64,000 bases of DNA from Candidatus Multivoradales bacterium (GCA_965248925.1 CBDFLE010000006.1:4928001-4992000); one strand, 5' to 3'. Shown: positions 1 through 11,350, counted from the stretch's first letter. Translations and numbers: made by a program. Notes: generated by a model from the letters alone, not told the origin.

Positions 1-1
1 A

Positions 2-544
2 GTGATCCGGGCGCTAGTCGACCCGCCACCGGTGGTTTTTGTGACTGCCTACGACGAGTTCGCTCTCGAAGCCTTCGCGGTCGAGGCTTGCGACTATTTG
101 CTCAAGCCTTTCGACGAACTTCGCCTGCGCGAGACGCTGAGCCGGGTGCGCAAGCGCCGCTCTGCGCAGGCTGAGAATCGCAACTCCAGGGCGGCAGACC
201 CCGCACCTCCCTTGGAGCGCTTGGCTATCCCCCAAGGACGAGCTCGGGTGATGGTGCAGATGGAGCAAGTGATCGCTATCGAAGCGGAATCGAACTATGC
301 GCGCTTCCATCTGGCGGCCCGCAACCACCTGGCTCGGGTTTCACTTTCGTGGCTCGAAGAGAGGCTCGATCGGCGGCGTTTTGTGCGTGTCCACCGGTCC
401 TGGATCGTCAATATCGACCATCTCCAACGGCAGGAGCCCGCCGGTCATGGGGATCTCCGCTTGGCGCTGACAGGCGGCTTGCAGGTCGGTCTCAGCCGGC
501 GCTATCGGCGGCGCCTCGAAGCCTTGATCGAGCCCCTTTCCTGA
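2..544 (+). CDS. LytTR-family response regulator (5' truncated by window edge)
   Basis: Receiver C-half (VVFVTAYDEFALEAF..DYLLKP) followed by LytTR motifs (IEAESNY, FVRVHRSWIVN, LSRRY). Confidence 0.9.
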   Translation: MIRALVDPPPVVFVTAYDEFALEAFAVEACDYLLKPFDELRLRETLSRVRKRRSAQAENRNSRAADPAPPLERLAIPQGRARVMVQMEQVIAIEAESNYARFHLAARNHLARVSLSWLEERLDRRRFVRVHRSWIVNIDHLQRQEPAGHGDLRLALTGGLQVGLSRRYRRRLEALIEPLS

Positions 545-2523
545 GTACTGGCGGAGGTCGCTGACAGGTCTTCGTTGAGGGTGTCGCGCAGTTGCCGCGC
601 GGCCGCGTAGTGGGGATAAATCTCGAGCGTCTCATCGAGTAGGGCGCGAGCTCGCGCAGCATCTTTGGGCTCTTGCAACAGCAGCAGCCGAGCCAGCCAA
701 AAGCGGCTCATCGGCGCTTGCCAGGTGGGGCGCAGGCGGTTCGACCGGGCCGTCGGAGCGGTCGCCGAACGGGCGATGACCTCTGCCAACTGCTGCCGCG
801 CAGCGGCGGGATCGCCGCCCCATTGAGCCGGGGTGTAGGCCAAGTCGAGCCCGCGGATGGCCAGCGCCCGGAGGTTGTCGGGCTCGAGGTCGAGAGCACG
901 TCCGAGATGCTCATCGCCGAGCGGCCCGACCACCCCCGCCCGCTGTGGAGCGAGTCGATAGTAGCCGGAATACAAGGTGCTTAGCAGGGCGTGTGCTTCG
1001 GCGTTACGGGGCTCCAACTCGATCGAGCGCTTCTCTGCCTCGACCGCTTGGTCGAGATATCCGAGGCGGCCGTCGCCGGGGCCGACCAGACTGAGGATCC
1101 ACAGTCCGAAGCCGCGATAGTAGGCGGACCAGGTGGCCAGCTCCGGGTCGCTGTTCCAGACGGAGAGGCTCTCGATACCGCTGGCGATAGCCTCGAGGTC
1201 TGAGCGCATGGAGGCTTGGGTGAGCTTCTCAATCACGGCAGAGAACTCCGCTGGCACCTCCAGTTCACTCTCCATGCTAGCTGCCACTTGCGGCTCGCCT
1301 AGGGCGTTGAGGTCGAGGGCCAGAACTATCGCTTGATCCCGCAGGAAGAGTCGATTGCCGATCACCGTCGGCGGCGTCCAGCTGCGCTTCTCGACCACTC
1401 GGGTGGTCTGTAGACGCGTGATGCCTTGGCGGTCGAGTCGGGCGATGGTTAGCTCGCCTCGGTCGCCGAGCAACAGGGCTTGCTGATCCGCCAGCAGTAG
1501 GTTGGCGGCGCCAAAGCGCCGTTCCCGCCAGAGGATCTCGCCGCTGCGCGCGTCCAGCGCGAGAAGGCTATTTTTGTAGGTGGTGTAGATCGTTCCGCCT
1601 TGGTGGACGGCATTGAAATGGGAGACTTGAAAATCGGGCTGCTGCCACAGCTGCTCAACTCGATCCGCGGCGACCAAACGCAGGCCGCGGCTGCCTAAGA
1701 AGTAGGCCGAGACGAAAAGCAGATCATCATCCACCAAAATGGGGGTGCCGAGCATGGTGCGATGTTGGTTGGCGAACTCGTGGCGCCACAGCAGGGAGCC
1801 AGTGAGCGGATCGAGGCCAACCACCTCGCCAGCGGCGGCGGCGATAATTTGCCGTCCGTGGGCAGTCTCGGCCAGGATCGGCGAGGCATAGCTAGGCGCG
1901 AAAGAGCGGTTCTGCCACAGCAGTTCGCCGCTCGCCGGCTCAAAGGCCAAGGCGCCGCCCGCCAACACCACCAGCGCCCGCCAGCCGGGTTTCTTGGGGT
2001 CGTCTACCAGCAGAGGGCTCGCTGCGTAGCCGAAATATGGAATCCTGGCTTGATGCTCAGCGCCCAGGTCCTTGGCCCACAGCAACTCGCCGGTGGCGGC
2101 ATCCAGGGCATGTAGATGACCTGTGAAACCGAGGGTGAAGAGCCGCCCGTCGCTGAATATTGGGGTGGCTTGGGGCGCGTTGCCATAAGACACATCGACC
2201 CCGCGCAGCTCACTGACCGGGGCTTGGTAGCGGTATTCCCACAAAGTCTTGCCGCTGCCTGCCTCAAGCGCGACGATCACTTCCTGCTCACCCTCACGAG
2301 TGGCGGTGAAGAGGTGTTGGGTTGAAGGATCGGAGATTAGAGCGGAATAGCCTGGGCCGAGGTCTCGCTGCCACAACCGACGCGGCCCGGCAGCGCCCCA
2401 GGCTGCGATTCGCGGTGCCTGGTCCAGAGTGAAGTCACGCCCAGGACCGCCGAACTGTAACCATTGGGCGGCTAGGGGTGGACTCAAGAACAGTGCGCAG
2501 ACGAAGAGTAACAAACGATGCAT
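502..2523 (-). CDS. Secreted PQQ-like/BamB-type beta-propeller protein with C-terminal TPR region
   Basis: Start MHRLLL at 2523 with signal peptide; WLQFGGP N-motif; repeated ALDAATGELLW blades; helical TPR-like C-terminus. Confidence 0.8.
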   Translation of the reverse strand: MHRLLLFVCALFLSPPLAAQWLQFGGPGRDFTLDQAPRIAAWGAAGPRRLWQRDLGPGYSALISDPSTQHLFTATREGEQEVIVALEAGSGKTLWEYRYQAPVSELRGVDVSYGNAPQATPIFSDGRLFTLGFTGHLHALDAATGELLWAKDLGAEHQARIPYFGYAASPLLVDDPKKPGWRALVVLAGGALAFEPASGELLWQNRSFAPSYASPILAETAHGRQIIAAAAGEVVGLDPLTGSLLWRHEFANQHRTMLGTPILVDDDLLFVSAYFLGSRGLRLVAADRVEQLWQQPDFQVSHFNAVHQGGTIYTTYKNSLLALDARSGEILWRERRFGAANLLLADQQALLLGDRGELTIARLDRQGITRLQTTRVVEKRSWTPPTVIGNRLFLRDQAIVLALDLNALGEPQVAASMESELEVPAEFSAVIEKLTQASMRSDLEAIASGIESLSVWNSDPELATWSAYYRGFGLWILSLVGPGDGRLGYLDQAVEAEKRSIELEPRNAEAHALLSTLYSGYYRLAPQRAGVVGPLGDEHLGRALDLEPDNLRALAIRGLDLAYTPAQWGGDPAAARQQLAEVIARSATAPTARSNRLRPTWQAPMSRFWLARLLLLQEPKDAARARALLDETLEIYPHYAAARQLRDTLNEDLSATSASTQERGSIKASRRRR

Positions 2524-2689
2524 GGGGACCTCCTTGCCGGTTGTTTTTGTGGCCGCTTCTAGCAAATACCGAGAAGCGGCCGCGGAAGATCCAGCAATGG
2601 TCCCAGAGGGATCTGGGCGGGGTCGGCGGGACCGGTGGGTTCTAGGACGTGGCGCCGGAGCCGAGTTCGCGCCTTGCTGAGCCTTACGC

Positions 2690-3829
2690 TCAGCGCTGTT
2701 CTTCGAGGTCGAGGCGGCCGTAGATCGCTTCGCGCAAGGTCCGCTCGGTCGCCAGGTCTCCACGACGATAGGCGATGTCGGCCCGCTTGAGGCGGACTCG
2801 GCTGGTGCGATCAGGGCTGTCTTCTAGCCGGCTGTAAAGTTCGTCGGCGAGCAGCAAGTCGCCAGCGCTGAATGCCTCGTCGGCGGCCTGTTCCAGCCGG
2901 TCCAGGCTCAGCCTCGGAGCCGGGGGATTGGCGCTAGCCGACTCTTGAGTAGGCCGGTCGCGGAGCCACTGGCGGGCGGCGTGCAAGAGGTCTTCCCGCG
3001 CCGGGTCGCTGAGGTGCTCGGCGCTGACTCTCCAGCGGTCGACGAAGAGTCGCCGTCTGCCGGGTGCGACAAAGGGTACAAGCAGAACCGCCGGATCTGT
3101 CGCTATCAACAAGTCGTCGACGAAGTAGTCGAAACGCCCGCGGTCTTCGAGATCGCCGATGAATGAGAAATAGCGCACTGACGAGTCGTTGGCGTCGGCG
3201 AGATTTCGCTGTTGGCGCAGATCTGCGATCGGTTTTTCACAATCGACACCGCAACCTTCTTCGTAGATCGCCAGGTCGTAGGTGCCGAGGTCGACGCGGT
3301 AGACCAGGTCGATGAAATACCAGACGAAGGCTTGCGGGGCGAAAGTCTGTTGCCATCGATCGGCGGGTCGATGGCCGAAGAATCCATTTTGAGTACCGAG
3401 CCAGACAGCGTGGCCGTGCTGTCCCTGGCTGAGAAACCAGCGCTGGCCGGCGAGGCCGAAGTTGAATTTTTGACCAGGATCGGTGAGCAGCAAGTAGAAC
3501 TGGACGAACACCGTTCCTGAGCGTCGTTCCTCGAAATAGCCGAGGAACTCGGCGAAGTCGCGGTTGCCGGCTTCTTCGTGTAAATGTAGCGAGTGCTCGC
3601 CACCAACGCGGAAGGCCAGCGACAGATCGACCTGTCCGCCGCCGCCGTCGCGCAGCCAGAAGGTGTCGGGGCCAGAGGCCACCGGGTCTTCGAAGTCGTA
3701 CGATGCAAGGATTGGCGACGACGCGTTGCCCTCGACTTGTGCCGAAATCGCCTGCGTGGAGAGCGCGGTGGCTACCAGCATGACAACGCCGACGATCAGC
3801 CCGATTCGAAGAGGTTGGGATGAAGCCAT
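2690..3829 (-). CDS. Hypothetical exported protein (beta-sandwich-like N-part, TPR-like C-end)
   Basis: 379-aa ORF with signal peptide, beta-rich region (YDFED...YFVDDL) and C-terminal helical hairpin. Confidence 0.6.
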   Translation of the reverse strand: MASSQPLRIGLIVGVVMLVATALSTQAISAQVEGNASSPILASYDFEDPVASGPDTFWLRDGGGGQVDLSLAFRVGGEHSLHLHEEAGNRDFAEFLGYFEERRSGTVFVQFYLLLTDPGQKFNFGLAGQRWFLSQGQHGHAVWLGTQNGFFGHRPADRWQQTFAPQAFVWYFIDLVYRVDLGTYDLAIYEEGCGVDCEKPIADLRQQRNLADANDSSVRYFSFIGDLEDRGRFDYFVDDLLIATDPAVLLVPFVAPGRRRLFVDRWRVSAEHLSDPAREDLLHAARQWLRDRPTQESASANPPAPRLSLDRLEQAADEAFSAGDLLLADELYSRLEDSPDRTSRVRLKRADIAYRRGDLATERTLREAIYGRLDLEEQR

Positions 3830-3932
3830 GGCGGCAAGTGTAGCTCACTGACGCTGAAGACCCTTCTGCCCAGCTGTAGTCCACTATGCTGTAGCCTCAT
3901 CGGGGTGTGAACGTCGCTTGGAGGTCCAGAAA

Positions 3933-5105
3933 ATGCGAGATCGCTGGTTGTTTGTCGTCGGAGTCTTATTGCTGCTGGGGCCGACCGTGCTGCGTGCCTA
4001 TCTCTCCTGGCCGCTGCCTGGTTCGCAAGATCTCGACTCGATCCACTTCGCCTACCGGCTCAGCGCTTGGATAGTACCTCTGCGGCTCTTGGGGGCGGTG
4101 CTGGCGGTGTTTGGCATTGTCGGCATTTTTCGTGGTCCACGCACCAGGAAGACCATCGCCTTGATCGTTTTGGTCTCTGCTCCGGCGCTGCTGCTGAGCT
4201 ATCTGATCTACAACTACGAAGCGGTGCGGCTGTTTCGTCAGCCGCGGCAGGTGGTTTTTGCTCAAGGGACCAGTGAGCAGTTGCCTGCCGAAACGCTGGT
4301 CATCGGTTTGACCGCGGCTGGTCAGGCGAAAGCCTACCCATTGCGCCTGCTGGCCTACCATCACCAGGTGCAAGATCAAGTGGGAGGGCAGCCGGTGCTG
4401 GTGACCTACTGTGTGATGTGTCGCACCGGTAAGGTGTTCCGCGCCGAAGCGGCGGGAGAGCCGTTGGAGCTGGAGCTGGTCGGTGCCTATCGCTACAACT
4501 CAGTCTATCGCGACCGCGGCACTGGCAGCTGGTGGTTCCAGGCCGACGGCCGGGCGGCGGTCGGGCCCCTGGCCGGTGAGCAGCTCAGCGAGCTGCGCAC
4601 CGACCAAATGACCCTCGGGCGTTGGCTCGAGCTACATCCCGACAGCGATGTTCTGCAGCCCGATCCGGCTTCCGCCGACGGCTACCAGATGTTTAGTTTC
4701 GATCGCTTCGACGAGGCCCGGTCCGAGAGCGAGTCGCCACCCGGATGGCGGTGGGTGGTGGGGGTGCGCCACGGCGAGCTAGCGCGGGCTTACCCCTGGT
4801 CGTTACTGACCGAGCAGGGCCTGATCGAGGATCAGCTCGGGGATCTGCCGTTGGCGGTGCAGCTGCTTGCCGATGGCGTCAATCATCGGGTTTGGGATCG
4901 CCGGCTCGGCGACCGGCTGCTGCACCTTGAAGTCGAGGGTGAAGAGCTTTGGGCGTCCGCCGCAGGGACTCGCTTTGGTTTCGATGGGCTCGGCCATGGC
5001 GGTGAACTCGATGGCCAGCAGCTCGCGCCAGTGACGTCCGCGGTCGAATACTGGCATTCCTTCGAGCATTTTTCCGGCGGCGAACTCTTTGCCGGCTTGC
5101 CTTGA
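3933..5105 (+). CDS. DUF3179-family membrane protein (CxxC form)
   Basis: N-terminal TM helices, then KAYPLRLLAYHHQVQD, VTYCVMCRTG, RGTGSWW and YWHSF motifs typical of DUF3179. Confidence 0.75.
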   Translation: MRDRWLFVVGVLLLLGPTVLRAYLSWPLPGSQDLDSIHFAYRLSAWIVPLRLLGAVLAVFGIVGIFRGPRTRKTIALIVLVSAPALLLSYLIYNYEAVRLFRQPRQVVFAQGTSEQLPAETLVIGLTAAGQAKAYPLRLLAYHHQVQDQVGGQPVLVTYCVMCRTGKVFRAEAAGEPLELELVGAYRYNSVYRDRGTGSWWFQADGRAAVGPLAGEQLSELRTDQMTLGRWLELHPDSDVLQPDPASADGYQMFSFDRFDEARSESESPPGWRWVVGVRHGELARAYPWSLLTEQGLIEDQLGDLPLAVQLLADGVNHRVWDRRLGDRLLHLEVEGEELWASAAGTRFGFDGLGHGGELDGQQLAPVTSAVEYWHSFEHFSGGELFAGLP

Positions 5106-5174
5106 GCGGCCCTCGCTCCCGCTCCGCCGCCCGCTGGCTTGCCTTCAGTGGCTCGGGTTTGACAGGGTTCGAGG

Positions 5175-6101
5175 ATGAAAGAGGAATACTCTAGCCGCAT
5201 CTGGCTCTGGCTGTTGGCCGCGGGAGTGCTGCTCGGCGCGCCGTTGAGCGCTCAACAACCGCCGCCGACCGACATCTACTTGCTGCCGATCGCCCATGGC
5301 GAGTACGGCCCTGCGCTCGGCGAGGCGCGCAACATCACCCGTCGTCAGGGCTACGATAATCAACCATCTTTCCTGCCCGATGGCCGTGGCTTGCTCTACA
5401 CCTCGATTCGCCAAGGCCAAGCCGACAGCTGGCTCTATGATCTCAAAAAGGACACTCACCAGCAGCTTACCGACACCCCGGAGAGTGAGTATTCGCCGAC
5501 CCTGATGCCGGGGGAACGGGCGATCTCGGTGGTGCGGGTCGAAGCTGATGAGCGGCAGCGTCTGTGGCGCTTTCCGCTTCGCGGTGGCGAGCCCGAGCTG
5601 TTGCTGCCCGACGTGGCGCCGGTGGGCTACCACGCATGGGGCGAAGATGGCCGGTTGGTACTTTTCGTGCTCGGTGAGCCGCCCACCCTGGAGTTGGCCC
5701 GCCGCGGCCCGGGAACGGGGCGCCAAGTGCTCAGCAACATCGGCCGGTGTTTGGCACGGATTCCGGGCTCGACCGAGATCAGCTTCATCGCCAAGACCGA
5801 CGCCGGGGCACAGATTCAAGCGATCGATCCGGCCAGCGGCGCCGTTCGTCATTTGGCAGATGGATTTGCCGATCAAGAAGATTACGCCTGGTCGCCCACT
5901 GGCGAATTGTGGATGGCCCACGGGACCCGGTTGTTCCGCCGTCTACCGGGGGCTGAGGAGCGCTGGAACCTGATCGAGGAACTGGGCAAACGGGGCCTCG
6001 GTAAGATCACTCGTTTGGCGATTTCTGCCGACGGCAGGTTGCTGGCTTTGGTGGCCGACTTACCGCCGGTCGCGGTCGCCGAGGAGGAGTCGGGCGAATG
6101 A
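5175..6101 (+). CDS. TolB-like (PD40) beta-propeller exported protein
   Basis: Signal peptide; GYDNQPSFLPDG, ESEYSPT, YAWSPTG and AISADG repeats. Confidence 0.8.
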   Translation: MKEEYSSRIWLWLLAAGVLLGAPLSAQQPPPTDIYLLPIAHGEYGPALGEARNITRRQGYDNQPSFLPDGRGLLYTSIRQGQADSWLYDLKKDTHQQLTDTPESEYSPTLMPGERAISVVRVEADERQRLWRFPLRGGEPELLLPDVAPVGYHAWGEDGRLVLFVLGEPPTLELARRGPGTGRQVLSNIGRCLARIPGSTEISFIAKTDAGAQIQAIDPASGAVRHLADGFADQEDYAWSPTGELWMAHGTRLFRRLPGAEERWNLIEELGKRGLGKITRLAISADGRLLALVADLPPVAVAEEESGE

Positions 6102-6337
6102 GCCGCCCGCACCGCTGGGTGGCTAGGCTGTGGACCGTACTCGGCCTGCTCGGACTGCTACTGCTCGCGGCGGTCGCGGTGGCCTGCGGGGCGCAGTTCA
6201 GTTGAGAGCGAGTCTTGGCCAAGGTGCGCGGGGTGCATCCCTACAATCCGCAGTGGGGAAGACTCCTCGACCGGAAACGGCGGCAATATGATGCTTCGCC
6301 GACGGGTTCTGCCGAGCCGGGCGAGTCGCTACGCTAG
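6098..6337 (+). CDS. Small membrane-anchored ORF with in-frame TGA at codon 36 (candidate selenoprotein or pseudogene)
   Basis: GAGGAGG SD; ATGA overlap with upstream stop; MSRPHRWVARLWTVLGLLGLLLLAAVAVACGAQFS-TGA(6203)-ERVLAKVRGVHPY... open to TAG at 6337. Confidence 0.45.
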
Positions 6338-6397
6338 ATTCTTCTAGAGCGGTTTTTTGCGCTTTTCAGCTCGCCATGGCGATGGTAAGTTAGCGCC

Positions 6398-7591
<1,194 letters not shown>

Positions 7592-7617
7592 GCAAAGCCC
7601 CACGCCTTGCTCACCAC

Positions 7618-7650
7618 GCCCGGCCGCTCGCGACCGGGCATGGTTGTTTG
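7618..7650 (+). terminator. Probable intrinsic terminator after the FKBP gene
   Basis: GCCCGGCCGC-TC-GCGACCGGGC hairpin followed by a T-rich tail. Confidence 0.5.
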
Positions 7651-7693
7651 TACGGCTTGTCGCGGGCCAGCGCGGGTCGCATAATAGGGCGCC

Positions 7694-8842
7694 ATGTCCA
7701 AATCCAACGCCCCCTCCGCCAGCGCCCCCGACCTCCAAGGTTTGCGCCAAGCTCTCGAAGCCATCGACCGCCGTTTGCTCACCTTGTTGCGCGACCGCAT
7801 GGGCAGGGTGGAGGAGGTGGCGCGATCAAAGATCGCCGCTGCTTTTCCCTTTCGTGATCAGCGGCGCGAGGACCAGGTCTTGCAGCGGGTCCGGGGATTG
7901 GCGGTCGAGTTGGGGCTCGACGCGCACGCCGTCGAGCGTCTCTATCGCTTGATCATGGAGATGTCGATCTCGCACCAGCAGGCTCACCTCGAAGCACTCG
8001 AAACCGTGCCGCTGCGGGTGGCCTACCAGGGGGTCGAGGGTTCCTACAGTCACCTGGCGGCTCAGCAGCGCTATGGCGGCCGCGAAGGGGGCGCTCTGCT
8101 CACCGGCCACTCCAGTTTTCGCCAAGCCGCCGCCGCGGTGCTCGACGGCGGTGCTGACTTTGCTCTACTGCCGATCGAGAACAGCACCGCCGGGTCGATC
8201 AATGAAACCTACGATCTGCTCGCCGATGGTGGCTTGATGATCAATGCCGAAGTGATTCACGAGATTCAGCACGCCTTGCTCGCCCTGCCTGGGGTTGAGA
8301 TCGACCAGCTTCATACAGTGATCTCTCATCCCCAGGCCCTGCAACAATGCAAGCGATTCTTCGAGGGCTTGCCGACCATCGAGACCCGGATCGAGTTCGA
8401 TACCGCGGGTGCGGCGCGGATGGTTCGGGAGTCCAACGATCGTGGCCTGGCGGCGGTGGCCAGCGAATCGGCGGGCCAGCGATATGGCCTGGTCGCTCTG
8501 CGCCAGGGGATCCAAGATCAACGGCTGAATTTCACCCGCTTCGTCGAGGTTGCCATCGAAGCCTCACCGCGGCCCGCGGATGCCGACTGCAAGAGCTCAT
8601 TGATTGTCAAATTGGCTCATCAACCGTCGGCCTTGGGGCAGGTGTTGATGGAGTTTGGCGACCGTGGCATCCAGCTGCTCAAGCTGGAATCGCGGCCGGC
8701 CCCTGGTGAGCCCTGGAACTACCGCTTTTACCTCGATGTTCACGCACACTCGGCGAGCACCGAGATGCAGGAGTGCTTGCGGGCGATCCAGCCGCTGACT
8801 TCCGAGGTGCGGCTACTCGGCACCTACCCGCGGGCAGTTTGA
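7694..8842 (+). CDS. pheA: Bifunctional chorismate mutase / prephenate dehydratase
   Basis: AroQ domain (LRQALEAIDRRLL), VAYQGVEGSYS, PIENS, SHPQALQQC, N.TRF, ACT domain with ESRP. Confidence 0.93.
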   Translation: MSKSNAPSASAPDLQGLRQALEAIDRRLLTLLRDRMGRVEEVARSKIAAAFPFRDQRREDQVLQRVRGLAVELGLDAHAVERLYRLIMEMSISHQQAHLEALETVPLRVAYQGVEGSYSHLAAQQRYGGREGGALLTGHSSFRQAAAAVLDGGADFALLPIENSTAGSINETYDLLADGGLMINAEVIHEIQHALLALPGVEIDQLHTVISHPQALQQCKRFFEGLPTIETRIEFDTAGAARMVRESNDRGLAAVASESAGQRYGLVALRQGIQDQRLNFTRFVEVAIEASPRPADADCKSSLIVKLAHQPSALGQVLMEFGDRGIQLLKLESRPAPGEPWNYRFYLDVHAHSASTEMQECLRAIQPLTSEVRLLGTYPRAV

Positions 8843-8961
8843 AGGCGGCTTATTGCATCTGTTTTGACGGTAGAATGAGTATAAAGATCACGGGCGAGAG
8901 TGGTGAGGTTTTCTACCTTGGATTGGCCCAATCGACCGGGAGACCGTCGCGCAAACTGTTG

Positions 8962-9486
8962 TCATTCGGAGCCTTGGCGGCGAAACTCGAAGCGCTGGGA
9001 TTGATCGCTGTCGTGGTGGGGGTCGGAAAGGGTGATGCATAGCTGATTTTCGGCGATCAGTTGATAGACGATACGAGTCGGGAAATCCTTGTCTGGATTC
9101 TCGAAGACAGCCTTTCTGGCCTGTGGGTCGAGTTCGGTGAGCCGCATCTGGACCCCCCTTTTGCCGCCCGGGAAAGGGGTGAAAACGACACTACCGTCTT
9201 CGATATCGAAACGCTCGAATTCGTGAAAAGCAATTTTCCCGTCGCGCCGCAGCTCGGTATAGCTGAGCACCATGCCACCCTCCGGCGTGGTGTAGTGCGC
9301 GACTAACTCGCCGCCCCACATCTGGCCGCTCCAAGTACCTGCCAGGAATTCCAACGCCAATATTTGCCGGCCGGATTCTTCGGCGCCGTCGGCGCCCTCG
9401 GCGCTTGCTGTGAGGAGTAGCACGGCCAGACCCAGGAATAGGAAGGCGAGCAGCCGCCAGGTTGACTTGGGGTTTGATCTGTGCAT
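8962..9486 (-). CDS. Exported DUF6265-like protein
   Basis: Signal peptide; LAGTWSG and VFENPDKDFPTRIVY motifs. Confidence 0.65.
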   Translation of the reverse strand: MHRSNPKSTWRLLAFLFLGLAVLLLTASAEGADGAEESGRQILALEFLAGTWSGQMWGGELVAHYTTPEGGMVLSYTELRRDGKIAFHEFERFDIEDGSVVFTPFPGGKRGVQMRLTELDPQARKAVFENPDKDFPTRIVYQLIAENQLCITLSDPHHDSDQSQRFEFRRQGSE

Positions 9487-9509
9487 TTTCAGCTTCCTTC
9501 GGGCAGCGG

Positions 9510-9911
9510 TCATCGCCGCGCATCTAGGCTCTTGACCTGAGGGTAGGCCAGGATCCGTTCGTCGGCTGTGAGCAGAGTGAAGTGATGTATACGAGCGGTG
9601 GCGACGAGAAGGCGGTCGGCAGGATCCTGGTGGAACTCATCGGGCAAGTCATAAGCCGCGGCAGCGATCCTGTGGCAGATCTCGATCGTGGTGCAGCGCA
9701 GGCTGTCGATTGTGTCGCTGATCCAGGCGCCTAGAGAACACGCCAAGTCGATTCTCCCACCCTCCACAAGGCGGGCGATCTCGAGAGTGGAAATTGGCGA
9801 TACGTAGAGCTGGGTCTGAGGCTGGGTGAGGTGGTTCTTGGCCTCGGTGCCTAGTTTTCCAAGCTGCTCCTGCGACCAGATCCAGACGTGAGTATCCAGC
9901 AGCAATCTCAC
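9510..9911 (-). CDS. vapC: VapC/PIN-domain toxin
   Basis: LLLDTHVWIW, SPISTLEI, HQDPADRLLVATA, LLTAD; GTG start overlaps antitoxin stop. Confidence 0.9.
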   Translation of the reverse strand: MRLLLDTHVWIWSQEQLGKLGTEAKNHLTQPQTQLYVSPISTLEIARLVEGGRIDLACSLGAWISDTIDSLRCTTIEICHRIAAAAYDLPDEFHQDPADRLLVATARIHHFTLLTADERILAYPQVKSLDARR

Positions 9912-10141
9912 TTGAGCATCTCCCAATCACTCTCGGTGTCTGTGTAGACGAGATCACCGGAGATCCGCATTCGCCCCTTGTAGATTCCTAGCTGGCGCTT
10001 GGCGTTGGCGTTCGGCAGGGGTTCGATACGAGCAATCGGCGATCCCCGGCGGGTCACCAAGAGTGCTTCGCCGGTGTCTTGAGCCTGGCGCAGCACGGCT
10101 ATACATCGTGCTTTGAAATCGGAGATCGCTATTGTCTTCAT
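9908..10141 (-). CDS. Phd/YefM-family antitoxin
   Basis: MKTIAISDFKA...LVTRRGSPIARIEP; directly upstream of the PIN toxin. Confidence 0.9.
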   Translation of the reverse strand: MKTIAISDFKARCIAVLRQAQDTGEALLVTRRGSPIARIEPLPNANAKRQLGIYKGRMRISGDLVYTDTESDWEMLK

Positions 10142-10151
10142 GATTCGATCC

Positions 10152-10175
10152 TGACGTAGTCAGATGACTTGGTCA
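10152..10175. promoter_or_regulatory. Tandem TGAC-N3-GTCA palindromes, probable antitoxin operator
   Basis: TGACGTAGTCA (10152-10162) and TGACTTGGTCA (10165-10175) just upstream of the antitoxin start. Confidence 0.6.
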
Positions 10176-10245
10176 ACTGGGCGGCTGCGGATGCTTGGCA
10201 GGTATCGAGTCGGGCCAGGCCAAGGGGCATCCGCTGCGAGGCGAG

Positions 10246-11271
10246 TCAGCCGCCCTCGGGGCGGCTGAGTTCACCGCGCAGGTCGTTGGCCATTTGCTGG
10301 CGAACGGCGTCGGGTTCGAGATCTTGTGACAGCAGGTAGAACAGTTTGGTGAGGGCGGCTTCGGGGGTCATGTCCCAGCCGCTGACCACTCCGGCGTCGC
10401 GCAAGGCGCGGCCGGTGGCGTAACTCTCCATGTTGACCCGGCCGCGCAAGCATTGAGTGCAGTTGACCAGCACCACGCCGTGTTCACTGGCCTGTCGCAA
10501 GACGGCGAGGAAGTCGCTGTTGTTGGGAGCGTTGCCAGCGCCGAAGGTGTGCAAGACGGCGCCACGGATCGGGGCGCGCAAGAACTGGCGCATGGTGTCG
10601 GGGGAAATGCCGGGGAAGAGATGGACATTGGCCACCGCGGGTTGGCCGACTTCGGTGAAGCGCAGGGGGCCTGGCTGTGGCGAACGGACCAGGGAGTGCT
10701 CGATCTGAATCTCTACCCCAGCGCTGCCCAGCGGCGGCAGGTTGGGTGAGTCGAAAGCGTTCAGGCCGATGGTCGAGGTCTTGGTGGCGCGGTTGCCGCG
10801 CAGCAGGCGCTCACCGAAGAACAAGCAGACTTCCGGTAGGGTTTGGTGGGCGGCGATCAGCAGGCTGGTAATCAGGTTGTCGCGGGCGTCGTTGCGCACT
10901 TCCTCAAGCGGAATCTGCGAGCCGGTGAAGATCACCGGCTTGGCGAGGCCGGCGAGCATGAAGGAGAGGGCCGCCGCCGAATAGGCCATGGTGTCGGTGC
11001 CGTGCAGCACCAAGAAACCATCGAAGCGCTCGTAGTGACGTACGATATCGCGGCCGATGTGCGCCCAATCCGCGGGCGCCATATTCGACGAATCGAGCAG
11101 CGGGTCATATTCGTGAATCTCGTAGCGCGGCATCCGCGGATCGGCGAGTTCGGGCATGCGCTGCATCTGCTTTTCCAGCCAGCCAGGCGCCGGCCGGTAG
11201 CCGTGGTTGCCGCGGCGCATACCGATGGTGCCGCCGGTGTAAGCGATATAGACGCTTTTTCTAGAATTCAT
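10246..11271 (-). CDS. ansA: L-asparaginase type I
   Basis: YTGGTIGM, LDSSNM, HGTDTMAY, TGSQIP, RGNR, DMTPEAALTKL; start MNSRKS at 11271. Confidence 0.93.
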   Translation of the reverse strand: MNSRKSVYIAYTGGTIGMRRGNHGYRPAPGWLEKQMQRMPELADPRMPRYEIHEYDPLLDSSNMAPADWAHIGRDIVRHYERFDGFLVLHGTDTMAYSAAALSFMLAGLAKPVIFTGSQIPLEEVRNDARDNLITSLLIAAHQTLPEVCLFFGERLLRGNRATKTSTIGLNAFDSPNLPPLGSAGVEIQIEHSLVRSPQPGPLRFTEVGQPAVANVHLFPGISPDTMRQFLRAPIRGAVLHTFGAGNAPNNSDFLAVLRQASEHGVVLVNCTQCLRGRVNMESYATGRALRDAGVVSGWDMTPEAALTKLFYLLSQDLEPDAVRQQMANDLRGELSRPEGG

Positions 11272-11350
11272 CGTCGTATCTCGGAATCTTCTGCCGGCGG
11301 CGATTGTATGTACTACCGCGGGCTCGGGCGAGTCCTGGAGCAAGATATCG

